64,000 bases of DNA from Octopus vulgaris (GCA_951406725.2 OX597828.1:70060001-70124000), one strand, 5' to 3'; shown: positions 41,903 to 55,718, counted from the stretch's first letter. The notes: generated by a model not told the origin, from the sequence alone. Translations and numbers: made by a program.

Positions 41903-44209
41903 TGTATATATACATATAGCTATAACTATGTATATACATACATATATATGTGTGGGTGTGTGTATGTATATCTATATATGTATATATATAAATACATACA
42001 CACGTTCCACCTCCATCCACTTTATACACTGGCACACCGTTACCACCACCACCACCACCCTTCTAATTAACAATCCACTAATTAACAGTCCACCAATTTA
42101 ACAGACAAATTCATTCAAGTCCAAATGATCTCAACAAATTGCCAATTTCTCAAGTTGATGCCATTGGTCAGTTAAAGTTGGTCTGGCCAACTGCCCAATG
42201 GACTGAGCTTGTTACAAAGTCACCAACCCAAACATGACCATCACTTGATGACCAAATATTGGTGACTTTAGCCACTGACCAAGACACTGGACACAAGCAC
42301 ACAAATGCTTTCCTCATTGCCAGAATATTGTTCACATAATATTTCTACACCAGCACACTACAACCCTCACCTCCACACCCACACACCCACATACACACAC
42401 ACACACACACACAAGGTCCCCACTACCACACACATTAATCCCGCACACAACATGTCCTCACCACTATGATACACTCAGCCGTACATTTGGAAATGCAAGA
42501 TAAAACTTGATAACTTGGTGACACTATGTTATGAATTCCACTGGTCCCCCCCCCATCTCTGATGACATCAGAAACACAAAGTTTCTACACACACACACAC
42601 TCCCTCCCTCTCCCCCTCTCTCCAAGACCCTCTATCTTACCAGCTATGATGGCTTTTAACCCTTTACCATTTAAACCAGCCATATTGGGCCCAAATATTC
42701 TATCTGTTTTATGTTCAAACTTGCCAGATCCAACCTGTCACACTTACCCTACAATGTCATTCATCATCATCATCATCGTCATCATCATTTAACGTCCGTT
42801 TTCCATGCTAGCATGGGTTGGATGGTTCGACCGGGGTCTGGTAAGCCGTGGAGGCTGCCCCAGGCTCCAGTCTGGATGCCCTTCCTAACGCCAACCACTC
42901 CGTGAGTGTAGTGGGTGCTTTTTATGTGCCGACACAGGTGCCAGGTGAGGCTGGCAATGGCCATGATCGGCTGGTGCTTTCTACGTGCCACCGGCATGGA
43001 GGCCAGTCAAGCGGCACTGGCATCAGCCACGTACGGATGGTCCTTTTACTTGCCACTGGCACAACAACCACATAACTGAAATCTTGAAGTTAAGAAATAA
43101 TGTCTGTTCAGTTCAAAAGAATGTGAAGAAATAAGTTTGTTAAGCATGCTTTTTGTGTCTTTTCTGCATCTCAGGCTTCAAATTACCAAAATGTATTCCC
43201 AAGTTTTGTTTGCAAACAATGGCCCTTTCTTCCTTGTCCATTTTGCCTGCAGTTCTTGCATGCCATCTTATCCCTTTCACGTTTAAACCGACCGTATCTG
43301 ACCAAAATATTCGATATGTTTTATGTTCAAACCAGCCAAATATGACCTCTTACACCAACCCCACAATGACATTCTAAAGACTATGTCACATCATCAAATT
43401 CCCAAAGATAGGAGGTAATTTATGCATGATTAATTCCAAACAGTATCAATCATCATCATCATCATCGTCGTTTAACGTCCGTTCTCCATGCTAGCATGGG
43501 TTGGACGGTTCGACCGGGGATCTGGGAAGCCAGAAGGCTGCACCAGGCTCCAGTCTTATCTGGCAATGTTTCTACAGCTGGATGCCCTTCCTAACACCAA
43601 CCACTCCGTGAGTGTAGTGGGTATTTTTTACGTGCCACCTGCACAGGTGCCAGGCGAGGCTGGCAACGGCCACGGTCGGATTGGTGTATTTTATGTGCCA
43701 CCGGCATGGAAGCCAGTCGAGGTGGCGCTGGCATTAATGAATAAGCATTAAATTTTAACAGAGAAATTGGAATGTTAAAAGGTTAAACTCCCAAGCAATT
43801 CCTTTAATGCAGACTTATGTTCATCCCCATATCAGCCAGCTGGCAGAAACGTTAGAATGCCGGGTGAAACGCTTAGCGGTATTTCGTTTGCCGCTACATT
43901 CTGAGTTCAAATTCCGCAGAGGTTGACTTTGCCTTTCATCATTTTGGGGTCGATTAAATAAGTACCAGTTATGCACTGGGGGTCGATATAATCGACTTAA
44001 TCCATTTGTCCTCTCTGTGTTTAGCCCCTTGTGGGTAGTAAAGAAATAGGTGGCACCCAAGAATCTCAAGCTGTTAATCTATGAGCCACTTGCAGTTCAC
44101 AAAGTGGAATGCGGCATCTGATGTGCCACTCTCTCTTGATAAAACTTTTTCTCTTTACATCTTGATGGTTCAAATATTACTTTTCAATCAGCTACAATGG
44201 CTTCATCAG

Positions 44210-44290
44210 AGCCTTGAATATGCTGTAAGGTGTTATTCAGGCCCTCAACTTTGAGTCCACTGTATCATATAGCAGAAACGACTGTAAGCT
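44210..44290 (+). ncRNA. Decayed hammerhead-like motif
   Basis: Core UUGAAUA (two deviations), 7-bp stem II base UGCUGUA/UAUAGCA, GAA-AC GACU GU-A, partial stem I. Confidence 0.35.
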
Positions 44291-45255
44291 AATGTCTGTT
44301 CCTTTGTCATCTCATTTTCTTATTACCATCGCTCTGTACTTGTCCAAAACCTTGTTCTGAAGCATGTGTATATTGAGTTCCACACACACACATGTATATA
44401 TATTGTTGTGTCTAGGGAGGGTCATTATGCCAATATTATTAACACATGCACTGGTTCAGTTCCACTTCTTTATTATTAACTAACTGATTGTTCAACTTGG
44501 TTAAACAGTAAAGCGTTTTTTGTTTGCTTGTTTTTTTTTTGTTCTTTTTTGTCAAAGTTCTTTCATTACCATTTGCAATCGCTCAGTTAAAAATAAAGGA
44601 GTGGAACTGAACCAGTGCACGTGTTAATGACATTGGTATAATGACTAATGTTGCAAATAGCAATAAAAGAGAAAAGAGAAAAAAAAAGAAGAAAAAAAGG
44701 GAAGAAGAAAGAAGTGGAAATTTTACCGGTGAGTGTGTTATATTATAAGGCACAAAAAGAAAATGACTCTCCCCAGACACAACAGAATATAAAGAATCTT
44801 GCAAACCAAATCCCAAAACGAAGAAATATAAGAGCTTTTACAAAAAAAAAAAAACCCAGCTTGCTGTTTAACCAAGTGAAATAATTAATTAGACAACTTC
44901 CAGCCCCATGTCAAACCATCCAACCCATGCCAGCATGGAAAGTGAGCGTTAAACGATGATGATGAAAGAAGTAGAATTGAACCAGTGCGTGTGTTAACAA
45001 TGTTGGCAAAACGACCAATGTTGCAAACAGCAACGAAAGAGATTCGAGGAAATACAAATAAAAAGCAACTCACTGTTTAACCAAGTTGAACAATCTTACG
45101 TGTGTGTGTGTGTGTGTATTATGCATGTACGTATGTATGTATGTATATATATACATATGTGTGTCTGTGTGTGGTGTGTGTGTAGTACGTATGTATGCAT
45201 GTATGTGTGTATGTATATATGTGAGTGTATATGTACATATACACATACATCTCTC

Positions 45256-45311
<56 letters not shown>

Positions 45312-45379
45312 ATGATGATGATGATGATGATGATGATGGATTCTCTTGTCATGAACGACAAATGAAGGTTCAGTGAAAC

Positions 45380-45855
45380 AGAGCAGTAATCATGTTCTAA
45401 GGACACGAATGAGTCTCTTTGAGGCCGGCCGGTGCCTTGCAGACCTTTCGGCAAATGGAACCAGTTGGGGGCCGAGTTTGCTTGGAGTGCTTGTGTATCA
45501 TGCATGATGTGTTTTCTTGAGTGGATGCCAAAGCCTGCTTTGATCCATGCCGCAAAACCACGATGACAGGTAAGGAGGTTTCCATTTGGAGGAGCAGATT
45601 CTTGCCTGCGTGCCTTCATGCTTGCATGAAGTCGGTCCCGATGCTGGACTCGACTTTGCTTCAATATTTGAACTGAGGGAGAAGCAGGACTGGCGCCAGG
45701 CCCTGCAATCCGATGCCTTGTTTTCTCAGGAAGAAAAGGGAATGTTTCAGATTGTCTTTTAATCTCTCTTTGAAGCACAAGAGTGGCCTTGCAACTGACC
45801 TACCTGTTGCGAGTTGGCCAAAGAGAATGTCAGGTCGCTCTCGAATGCTACTGTT
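45380..45855 (-). mobile_element. RTE-type LINE 3' fragment
   Basis: RPDILFGQLATGRSVARPLLCFKERLKDNLK resembles the RTE C-terminal RLPK..LYGEL..G.R..GRP..R.KD motif. Confidence 0.6.
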
Positions 45856-45856
45856 A

Positions 45857-45887
<31 letters not shown>

Positions 45888-46650
45888 CAGAGGTAGTAAC
45901 AACTTGCAGTCTAACACTATTTCAAACAAAAACAAGAAAAGCGCAAACTGCTAGAAATAACAACTAAATCTCTTAGATTACATATCAGCGATTTAAACTG
46001 GATCGTAGCACAAAATATCATAGTCCTAGGTAACCATAAAAATACAAGAATGGTCGTATTTGGAAGATCTTTGAGCATATAAATCGACAGCATCAAGACT
46101 GGTCCAATTTTCGAAGACAAATTTCCGTCGAGACAAAAAAGATAAAGCTGATACATTAAACGCTTAGCAATGCAAGGGAGACTATTCTTAACAGCTGTGA
46201 AGTTATCTCCCTTGGCGTTGATTAAAGCAGGACGAATATTTTAAGAGCAGAATTTTAATTGATAAAATCGAATCCAGTCCTTGAATGGTATTTTAATTTA
46301 TTGAGCCTGGAGGAATGAAAGACCGGATTGACTTCAACGGGAATTGAGCTGAGAATGGATATCGCAAGGCATTGTTACCGATGCTCTATCGATTTTGCCA
46401 ATCCATGGATCCTCGGATTTATGAGGGATAAATAAAGAACGTATTCTATATTAATATATGTGTGTATGAGGGGGAAGTGCATGGCATCAAAGGGACACTG
46501 GGGTAAAATATACGAAGCCCAGTATACCCGTCATGACTACCCGTCTGATAAGGGTACACCAGGCACATACATCACAACTAGGGCTCGCAAAAAAACCGAT
46601 AATTCCCAAAACCGAGTTCAAGTATAAGCAATTCTCAAAACCGGTTTTCG

Positions 46651-46895
46651 CGGGTCCTAGTTAAGAAGAGTGGTCCCGGTGCGCGCACTCGCGCTAGCTA
46701 GTCGTGACTAGTCGATCCTTACCGTGTGTTTTTGTGTTTTATTTACTTTGTTTAAAAAAATTATTTACTTTGTGTAAAAAAAATTATTTATTTTGTGTTT
46801 TATTTACTTTGCTAGGTAGTCGTTGTAGGATCGACTAGTCACGACTAGCTAGCACGGATGCGCGCACCGGGACCACTCTTCTTAAATAGTACCCG
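46651..46895. mobile_element. MITE with ~69-bp terminal inverted repeats nested in the hAT remnant
   Basis: 46651-46719 pairs with 46827-46895 (ttaagaagagtggtcccggtgcgcgca...ctagctagtcgtgactagtcgatcct); AT-rich repetitive core. Confidence 0.8.
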
Positions 46896-47728
46896 AATTC
46901 TTTAGAGATTTCAAATCCATCAGTTACCATCTTGGGCTCTTCATTCATTTTCTTCATTGCGCTTATGCATTCACGAATGAGTTCATTACCTTCATAAGTA
47001 GATGGGACAACAGTAACAATTGTTTTTAGGTTCCCTACTATTTCATTTTCTTTGTATAATTCTGTTGTGTTCTCAGCATATTGTTCAGGAAATAATCTCC
47101 TATATGTTTATTCAGCATACTTCCTTAAATGTTGTTTCGTTATAAAAAGAAAAGGTCCAGAAATTGATTCACCTTTAAATTTCCTTGGGTTATGTAAATA
47201 CCTCAAGGGAATCAAGGTTTCGACATTTCTTCTCTTATTATATTTATGCATAAGTCTTTCACGAAGATTTAGAGCCAAAGGGTTGCCGACGATATTAAGT
47301 TTATTCAATAAAAATTCTTTAGAATATTCCGCTTTCGGTAAACCCATATCATCAGCGCAAATAGCCTTCAAAATATTTTCTACTGAATGCAGAATTTCCA
47401 TTCTTCGTCAGCATCTGTGGAAAGATCTGCCCGTACAGTATTTGGAATGCAGCTTTTCAATTTCAAATATCTTTCAATCATATGGAATGTGCTATTCCAC
47501 CTAGTTCTGCAATCCAGTATAAGTTTATATTCTCTGTTATCAAAGTTCGCTCGTACAAAATCTTGCAAAATTTCATTTTTTGTAGGAGATTTACGGAAAA
47601 GTTTTGAAATTTTTCTTACCTTATTTAAAACTTTGTTAAATTCAGGTTTTGGCTGGGGAAAACAAGCATTTTCGTGAGCCAAATCTGTTTGACAAAGTAT
47701 GTCTTGTTGGCTTATGTCAGCTTCTTCA

Positions 47729-47838
47729 TCACTATCGTCTGTTATGGCGATCACTGTCGTCTGTTATGGCGGTCACTATCGTCTGTTATGGCGATCACTG
47801 TCGTCTGTTATGGCGGTCACTATCGTCTGTTATAGCGA
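47729..47838. repeat. 22-bp tandem repeat x5
   Basis: tcact(a/g)tcgtctgttatggcg(a/g) units in alternating variants. Confidence 0.9.
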
Positions 47839-48740
47839 TCTCTTCCCTTTTTTTATCAACAAATTTAGTGTCACTTCCTTGAAATGAATCTGGAACTGGT
47901 TATTACATATGCTCAACGGGAAAGATCACCCGACTGAAGACTAACAGCATCCCCTAGACTTGCTGTGAATAAACTCAGTTACCTGCAAATTCAAAGAGTC
48001 AGCCAGGGATTAGCGAAGGGGATGACAAGGTGCTGATCTAAGGTTCAAGAGGAAAGAAGGTAAGAATTGATATGTTGCGATAAGTTTCAATGAAACAGAC
48101 AGCACTCTCAACTAAAGGCGACCGACAACAGTTCAGTTCAGTTTCAACGATATTTCTTGAAAAGGAAAAATGGAGAAATGTTTTGCGAAAAAAAAAAAAA
48201 AAAGAAACAGCGGATCTTTTCACTTTGATCGGAACATTTAAAAAATAGTTATTTGTAACTAAACTTTTAAACTTCGTATACTGGTAGAATGTATTACAAG
48301 TTTATATTATTTTATAAGGGAATTCTAGTATTTGGAATATGGATATTTGCTATCCTTTCTTCTTTCAACTTTTCTTTAACTTTAGCTGCTTCATCATTCA
48401 GTGAAGAAAATTGCTTTAACCACAGGTTAGCTCTGATTGTAATGGATCTGTGAGAAAAGGCGTTCCAGCCATGACGATTTGTCTTAATCTTTTCTAGAAA
48501 TAATGAATTCCTAAGCGAACATTATAAAATGATATAAACTTGTGTCCTTTTTGTTTCAGACAAGTTGTCTGACAAGACTTAAAGGATCTTTTCTCTTTCT
48601 TTCTCTTTTCTCAACCATTCTCTCTCTCACACATACATAATGTTTCCGAAATTCGCGAATTTCTGCCTTGTTTTTCTTTTGCATCTGATGCTGTTTTTAT
48701 ATCATTTTTTTTTACTCTTTTTATTCTATTTATTTAATCT

Positions 48741-49027
48741 TGTAGAGAATGCGGGAGATTAGAGGTAAGACACCTACCTTCTCTTGGTTGGCGCAGACCT
48801 GTCGGGTGGTAACGTATCCTTCCACGCAGTCAGTCCCGAAACGCTAAAAAGTTGCTTTCTCTCACCTTGACGAAGCACTGACACATGCTGCACTCACGGT
48901 TTACCCGATTGAAAAGGGCGCAATTTTCCCCCGGCTACGCGCGCGTCATCCGCGCGCCCTTCCTCTTCCGGTCAGCTCCCCAGACGCTGACGTCATCCCA
49001 CACGCCACCCTGATCTTAAAGATTACA
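48741..49027 (-). mobile_element. 3' LTR of the Gypsy element
   Basis: TGTA...TACA termini at 48741 and 49027, preceded on the minus strand by polypurine tract GGGGGCGGGA (49037-49028) directly after the integrase stop. Confidence 0.75.
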
Positions 49028-50945
49028 TCCCGCCCCCTACTCCACATCGAAGTCCACCATCCAACCGGGAGGGCGCCTTACGCGTCGGGATCTCCTCAAG
49101 CTAGGTACCTCATTCTCCTCCTCTCCACAATCGTCATCCGACGAAGCGACAATCCTGCGAAGGTCTAAGACGTGTCGCGAAATGTGCCCTCTTTCCGCTA
49201 TGGCCTTGACTGTCCGATGGTGCCTCTCTACGATTCCGTTATCGCTCGGCCTATAGGCTGCTCTGAACAAGCGGCGCACTCTCCGCCGGTCGAGCATATC
49301 CCTTAACGCTTCCGAATGAAACGCTGCCTCATTGTCCATTAGCAGTTCTTCCATGGGACCCTTCTCTAAAAAGATCCTGTTCAAAATCTGCGCAACCTCG
49401 TCAGCAATGCCCGTCCTCAACTCCCTCCAAATGGCTATCCGGCCCGGCCCGCAGTCGACCATGGAGAGATACATTCCTGACGGTAGTGCATCACATCCAC
49501 AGCAAGTCTCTTCCAGTTGTGCTCTACCGAAAGGTTTCCTTGTTCATGCCCACACGGAGCAGGGTCAGTGGACTAACACCTGTCGCAGCTCCCGACCACT
49601 TTCCGGATGCTTCTCCTAGTGACGTCACCATCAATCATCTTCACAAGATACAGGGTCCTATCCACCCCCAAGTGATGCATAGCATGTAGTCTCTTCTGTT
49701 CGGAGTCATCCAACCGACACGCCGCAGCTATCCCTTTCTTTGCCTCCTCCGGCTCCTCCAGCCACGTCTTTTTCACGCTGGTCAGTGTGTCTGCCATGTT
49801 TCTCTCCGAAGGCGCGAAAACCATATTCAGCTTCAGTCCGAACTCGGCAATCAATTCTCCTAGAACTCCTAGGCGGCGCTTCACTAATATCTCTGCGGCA
49901 CCTTTCGTCCGAACTCTCCTCTCATCGGTGATCACCGATCCTACCCAGCCGAGCACGGTGGCTGAATCCGTCCGGATTTCGATTGAGCATAGCCCCCATT
50001 TCAGGGCCAAATTCACCCTTCTGCACCGTGTCTAATTCGGCGACATTGATGTGGTTAAAGTCGTCTGCTTTCCGAAACCAGGCCGCATCCTCCACTTCAG
50101 CGCCTTCGATCTCCAACACAACCCCTATCACTATACTGCTAGCATCATACCAAACGGTCTCACATACCAGTTCCACCTGATCGGGTCTTCCGCTCTCGTC
50201 CTCTCTAGGATTTCCTGCATCATCGCCACCTCTCCCATCCAGCGACAAGGTAGTGACCGACCAACTTCTCACACACCGAGAACAGCTCTCTCCGGCTGAC
50301 GCTGGAATTCAGCTCTGGGATTTCATTTCTTCTCCGGAACACCAACTCACCCGATCTATCGCTTCGTAGCTTCAGCCCCAGCGCAGCTCCCCGCGCCAAC
50401 GACTCCGGTGGCTTTGCAATCAGCCCGAACTTCTCCAGATGTCTCACTACCTCGGTGGCTGGCACTACAGTCTCCTCCACCAAAATGTCGTCTATGTAGG
50501 AACTGGTGGCCTTTCTTATCTTGTCCTCTTTCCCTAGGACGGACTTAAGCACCGTCGCCATAATCTTCGGAGCGGAATTCAATCCGAAACCCAGCCTGGT
50601 TAAACAGTACGTCCGGTCCTTGTACCGCACCAGCTGATATCGCCGCAGTTTGTCACTCACATGGAGCTGCAAGTATGCCGACTTCAAGTCGACAATCGTC
50701 GCAGCCTTGGTCGACTGTTTCCACACACATAACGTCTCGCCGCAAACGTCCGTCGCCTCGCCTCGCCTCCCGTGTGGCACTATATATGGTCGTTCAGTTC
50801 TCTACAGTCCAGCACCGGTCTGACTGTTCCCTTCGTCGGCTGCACCACCGCCATCAGAGGTAGCACTCCGCTCACCACCTCCTCCTTGCTCGGGATAGGG
50901 ACTCCTTCCTTGATCCATCTCTCGACCTCGTCTTCGAACGCTTCT
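49028..50945 (-). mobile_element. Ty3/Gypsy-type LTR retrotransposon pol remnant (RT-RNaseH-integrase), frameshifted and 5'-truncated
   Basis: RT: VDLKSAYLQL, RLGFGLNSAP, SYIDDIL. RNase H: DASS..IG, AELD, TDS. Integrase: HAMHHLGVDRT...C..C, LLMDN, YRPSDNGIVERHHRTVK. Confidence 0.9.
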
Positions 50946-51975
50946 TACCACACAGCCATAGCTGCGCCTATTATAATCCTATATCATATGATTTTTTAAA
51001 ACACCGAATGATTATGAGGGCCCACCCAAGGAAAGTAGGAATTAAGAGGGCCAGAAGTAAAGAATTGTTGAGAAACTCTGGGCTCCGTCGACCGTAAGTA
51101 TTGAAAGCGTCTGGCTGCCCCTTTCTGTCCGCACATCAGGCAACGTCGCCGGCCATGGTGTTAAAACTGGGTAATATGTAATGTGTTAAAGGTAGAGATC
51201 CTTACCTATATCCAGCAATAAGGGCCAGTGCCCGGAGCCCTTTGCAGCAATGAAATACAAAGCCAGAAATAAACGGAGTTTTAAAGGTCCATTGGAAAGT
51301 AGGGAGCGAGAAGGATGGAGCTGAAAATGCGACAAGAAGAGTTACTTCCCTTGAAGTACTATGTCTGTCAAATATACTCTCATTCATATCTGTATAAATA
51401 TATGCACGAAAGTGTACGTGTGACACACACACACACACACACACATACATACATGCATACATACACATACATACATACATACATACATACATACATACAT
51501 ACATACATACATACATACATACATACATACATACATACATACATACATACATACATACATACATACATACATACATAGGAGAAAGCTAATTCTAAGACTA
51601 CAGATCCAGTCCATCACTGGAACTGTAAAAATCTGTAAAACTCTCCAGAAGTCTATCAATTAAATATATATGAGCATGTCTTGATATGCAACCATATGCA
51701 TGAGATTACTTATATAAAACATGCAAATCAGCACATACATACATACATACATACATACATACATACACACATACATACATGCATGCATACATACATACAT
51801 ACATACATACATACATACATACATAAATACATAAATACATACATACATACATACATACATACATACAAAAATTCCCTGTTGTTGCTGTTGAGATGCCAAT
51901 GAAGGAACTTTGGATCTGGGTTAGAAACCGGCTCTTTCTCTATTGGCAAGAAATCTTGAAATAAAACTGAACAAT

Positions 51976-52026
<51 letters not shown>

Positions 52027-52044
52027 TTGTGTGTGTGTGTAATG

Positions 52045-52127
<83 letters not shown>

Positions 52128-52226
52128 CAATAATTATAATGCTGTAGAACATGGAAACTTGTTCATCTTTAAGACTTATTCCCTCTTATTCTATAATTAC
52201 ATGTAGCATATTTTTATGGTTGTTAC

Positions 52227-52310
52227 AACCTACACGTGTTTCCACTCCACAAGGTACTGGCAGTTACACATGCGACCAGGCATGATTTTCTGAGCAGCTT
52301 TTTCAGGGTC
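52227..52310 (-). ncRNA. Type I hammerhead motif (G8A) with palindromic stem III
   Basis: Minus strand: GACC-CUGAAAA-~57 nt-GAA-AC ACGU GU-A-GGUU; stem I GACC/GGUU; ACACGUGU is self-complementary. Confidence 0.6.
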
Positions 52311-52544
52311 TGCCTATTTGGCTACTTTCAAAGCAAACAATCAACCATAAAAATATGTTGTGTGAAATTGTAAAATAAAAGGAAATGAATCTTGAAGATG
52401 GACAAATCCCCATATTCTACACCAGTGGTTGCCAAGCTTTTCACTACCAAGGACCCCTCTTATTTAAATGAGTTTTCCCACAGGCCTCAGGATATTGAAA
52501 GGTCTGTCAGCTTAACATGTTCATGAACACCCTGTACTACCTTT

Positions 52545-52695
52545 GCAGACCATCAGGGGTTTGCAGACCACCAGGGGTCTATGGACCACTAGAGGTCTGC
52601 AGCCGACCAGGGGCCTACAGACCACCAGGGGTATATGGATTACCAGGGGCCTACAGATCTTCAGGGGTCTATGGACCACCAGGGGTCTACAGACT
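52545..52695. repeat. 18-bp minisatellite x~8
   Basis: Units cagaccaccaggggtcta / tggaccaccaggggtcta downstream of a CAGTGGTTGCCAA hAT-MITE-like end at 52423. Confidence 0.8.
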
Positions 52696-53189
52696 GTTAT
52701 AATTATTGCTGATATACACTCCAGATAACATTTCATCAGGTTCTGTTGAATTGTGTAAGCAATGCCAGCAAGGGAACTGGACATTAATTGATGATGATGA
52801 TGATGATGATAATGATGGTGACGATGAGGACGACGATGACAACAACAACAACAACATATATACATTACTTAGCAGTTCAGCAAAAGAGACCAATAGAATA
52901 AGTACTGGGCTTACTAAAGAATAAGTCCCAGGGTCGAGTTGCTCGATTAAAGGCGGTGCTCCAGCATGGCCGCAGTCAAATGACTGAAACAAGTAAAAAA
53001 AAAAAATATACACATACATTCACACAAATACACATGCATATACACACACATACATATATCATACATGTATACTAATATATATAAGTATGTGTGCATGTAT
53101 GTATGTTTAATGTGTATGTGTGTGTGCATACACATACATAAACATGCATGCATATATATATATATATATACATATATATATACATATGC

Positions 53190-53560
53190 ATTTAGCACCA
53201 TTCAAGCGTGATCGTTACCTGTGTCGCCTTACTGGCACTTGTGCTTGTGGCACATGAAAACAAACATTCGAGCGAGGTCCTTGCCAGTGCCACTGGACTG
53301 ACTCCTGTGCAGGTGGCACATAAAAAGCACCATTTGAGCGTGGGTGCTGCCAGTGCCGCCTACTGGCCTCATGCCAGTGGCATGTAAAAGCATCCACTAC
53401 ACTCTCAAAGTGGTTGGCATTAGAAAGGGCATCCAGCTGTAGAAACTCTGCCAGATCAGACTGGAGTCTGGTGCAGCCATCTGGTTCGCCAGAACTCAGT
53501 CAAATCGTCCAAACCCATTCTAGCATGGAAAGCGGACGTTAAACAATGATGATAATGACA
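53190..53560 (+). mobile_element. SINE/LINE-tail family C ending in (GAT)n
   Basis: gtggttggcattagaaagggcatccagctgtagaaac...ctagcatggaaagcggacgttaaacaatgatgat. Minus copies at 35530-35750, 37630-37780, 42765-43060 and 43450-43735. Confidence 0.7.
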
Positions 53561-53628
53561 TTTATATATATATGTATATACATATACATATATATACATG
53601 TATATACTCTCTCTCACACACACACACT

Positions 53629-53684
<56 letters not shown>

Positions 53685-54933
53685 TATGTATATAAATGAG
53701 AAGACAGACAGTGAGTGAGAGAGAGAATTAATTTAATTCTCATATTTTTCCTGTTTATGCTTTATTCTGTTAACTAGATTTGCTAACCAAATAACCAAAT
53801 ATTCTAATTTCCTCCATAAATCTATTAAACGTTTTTTTCCTCCTCCTTTCCTGTCTGCCAATTCCATTGAATCTGAAGAACCTTCCTCTAAAACATTTCC
53901 ATATTTTTGCTGCCAAATATTTTGCCAGTTAGAATTTCCTCTTTTTCTTTAATGACCTAATTTTGTCTCATCTTTTATGCTTTTTTTTTTATATGTTTTC
54001 AACAACATAGATCTTTTTTTGTTTCTTTTTTTATTAGTTTCAGTCACTAGATTTGGCCATGCTGGGGCACCACCTTGGAAGGTTTTAATCAAAGAAATCA
54101 AGTCCAGTACTCAGTTTTTTTGTCTGGCATTTATTGTTAGTTGTTTCTGCCAAACCAACATAAACAAACCAACACCGGTTGTCAAATGATGGTGGTGGTA
54201 GGGATGGAACAAATTCAAACACAAAGACACACACCAACATGATGGGCTTCTTTCAGTTTCCATCCGCCAAATCCCAAGCTTTGGTCCTCCTGGGGTTATC
54301 GTAGAAGGTACTTGACCAAGGTACTCAACAACATGGTCTGCAACCGTTTCCCATACATATGTCTTGTTTCTTCTTTTGGTTTCCCTCAAAACATCCAAGA
54401 ATTATGAATCCTTTGAATAAGAACCATGTTCTCATATTTTCTTCAACATTTGTTTTTGGAGTGCTACAGCTGGCCAAACCACTACAATGTTCTACAACAA
54501 AAAATCACATGGCATCACATGACCATTTTTTTCTCCTGCCCCAAAATATCTATTCCAAGAATTTCTCGTTTTCAGAGTAAAATCTAAGCCATCTCCATGT
54601 TTCTGCCAGAATGCTACAGCTGGCCACATCACTAAACTGTTTGCTTTGTAATGAACTACTTACACTACTCCTCAACCCCAACCCCCATCTCAAGTCTTGT
54701 ATTAGGCAGGTTCGTATCTCTCTCTCTCTCATCATTTGTCTGTCTATCTGTCTGCTTCTCTCTCTCCCTCCTCTCTTTCTATTTCTCCTTTCTCTCTCCC
54801 TTCCTCTCCCTCCCTGGACATCTTATCAATCACAGACTTCCATCCCCACCAACCCTTCTTCCTCCCACCAACCCTTAACTTCTTAAAGGAATCAGTCTTT
54901 CTCTAACCAAATGGTAAGACCATCAAATATCTG

Positions 54934-54964
<31 letters not shown>

Positions 54965-55666
54965 CTCTCTCTCTCTCCCTTTCACTTCCTCTCACTCTCC
55001 CTCTCCCTCTCTCTTCCTGCCTCTCCCTCCCCCCTTTTCTCCCTCCCTCTCTCTATCTCTCTCTTTTTCTCTCCCTCTCCCTCTCTCCCTCTCTCTTCTG
55101 ATCTCTCCCTTTCCTCTCCCTCTCCCCTTCCTCTCCCTCTCCCCTCTCTCCCCCCCTCCCCCTACCCCTTCATCTCCCCCTCTCTCCACACCCCTTCCCA
55201 TCCCTCCCTACCTCCCTCACTCACTCTCCCTCTCCCACCCCCTCCTCTAGCCTTATCTTCCTTTCAATTTTCCTTAATGGCAAGCCAGTCTCAGATTCCT
55301 CCCATTCCATTAAATCATTACCAAATTTTGCTTCTCATTTATAATGCCATCATATTTCCAATCTCTGAGAATCGACCAAGGGTTAAACGGCAGCAAACTG
55401 AAGAATACCGTAGATGTTGTTATGGTATTCTCTTATTTGATTCCAGTCTTTGTGTCTTTGTATATTAGCGTTTGACGTCCAGGTGGACTGTGGCAGGCAT
55501 TTACCATTTAGTGGTTTTAATTTCCTGCCGTACCATCAGACAGATGTCAGCAATAATGTCTCTGACAGCATCTCTGGCAATCTGTTCTGTCACAGACGTT
55601 AACAGCTGCACTGAACACTGAGGCTAAATGAGTGACTTAGCCACCTTCCACATACACACACACGCA

Positions 55667-55718
<52 letters not shown>

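Larger units (their letters stand above)
46579..47890 (-). mobile_element. hAT-superfamily transposase remnant
   Basis: LNKVRKISKLFRKSP...LILDCRTRWNSTFHMIERYL (hAT TRWNS motif); TAGGGCT terminus with aaaccg subterminal repeats at 46579-46650. Confidence 0.75.

Noticed and set aside
47729-47838. Regularly spaced 22-bp repeats as a possible CRISPR array
   Set aside because: Units are contiguous with no unique spacers, in a eukaryotic TE context.
54576-54913. Possible exon(s) of a second gene (TTTCAG acceptor, CAG|GTTCGT and ATG|GTAAGA donors)
   Set aside because: No recognisable protein in any frame; splice-like words alone are insufficient.
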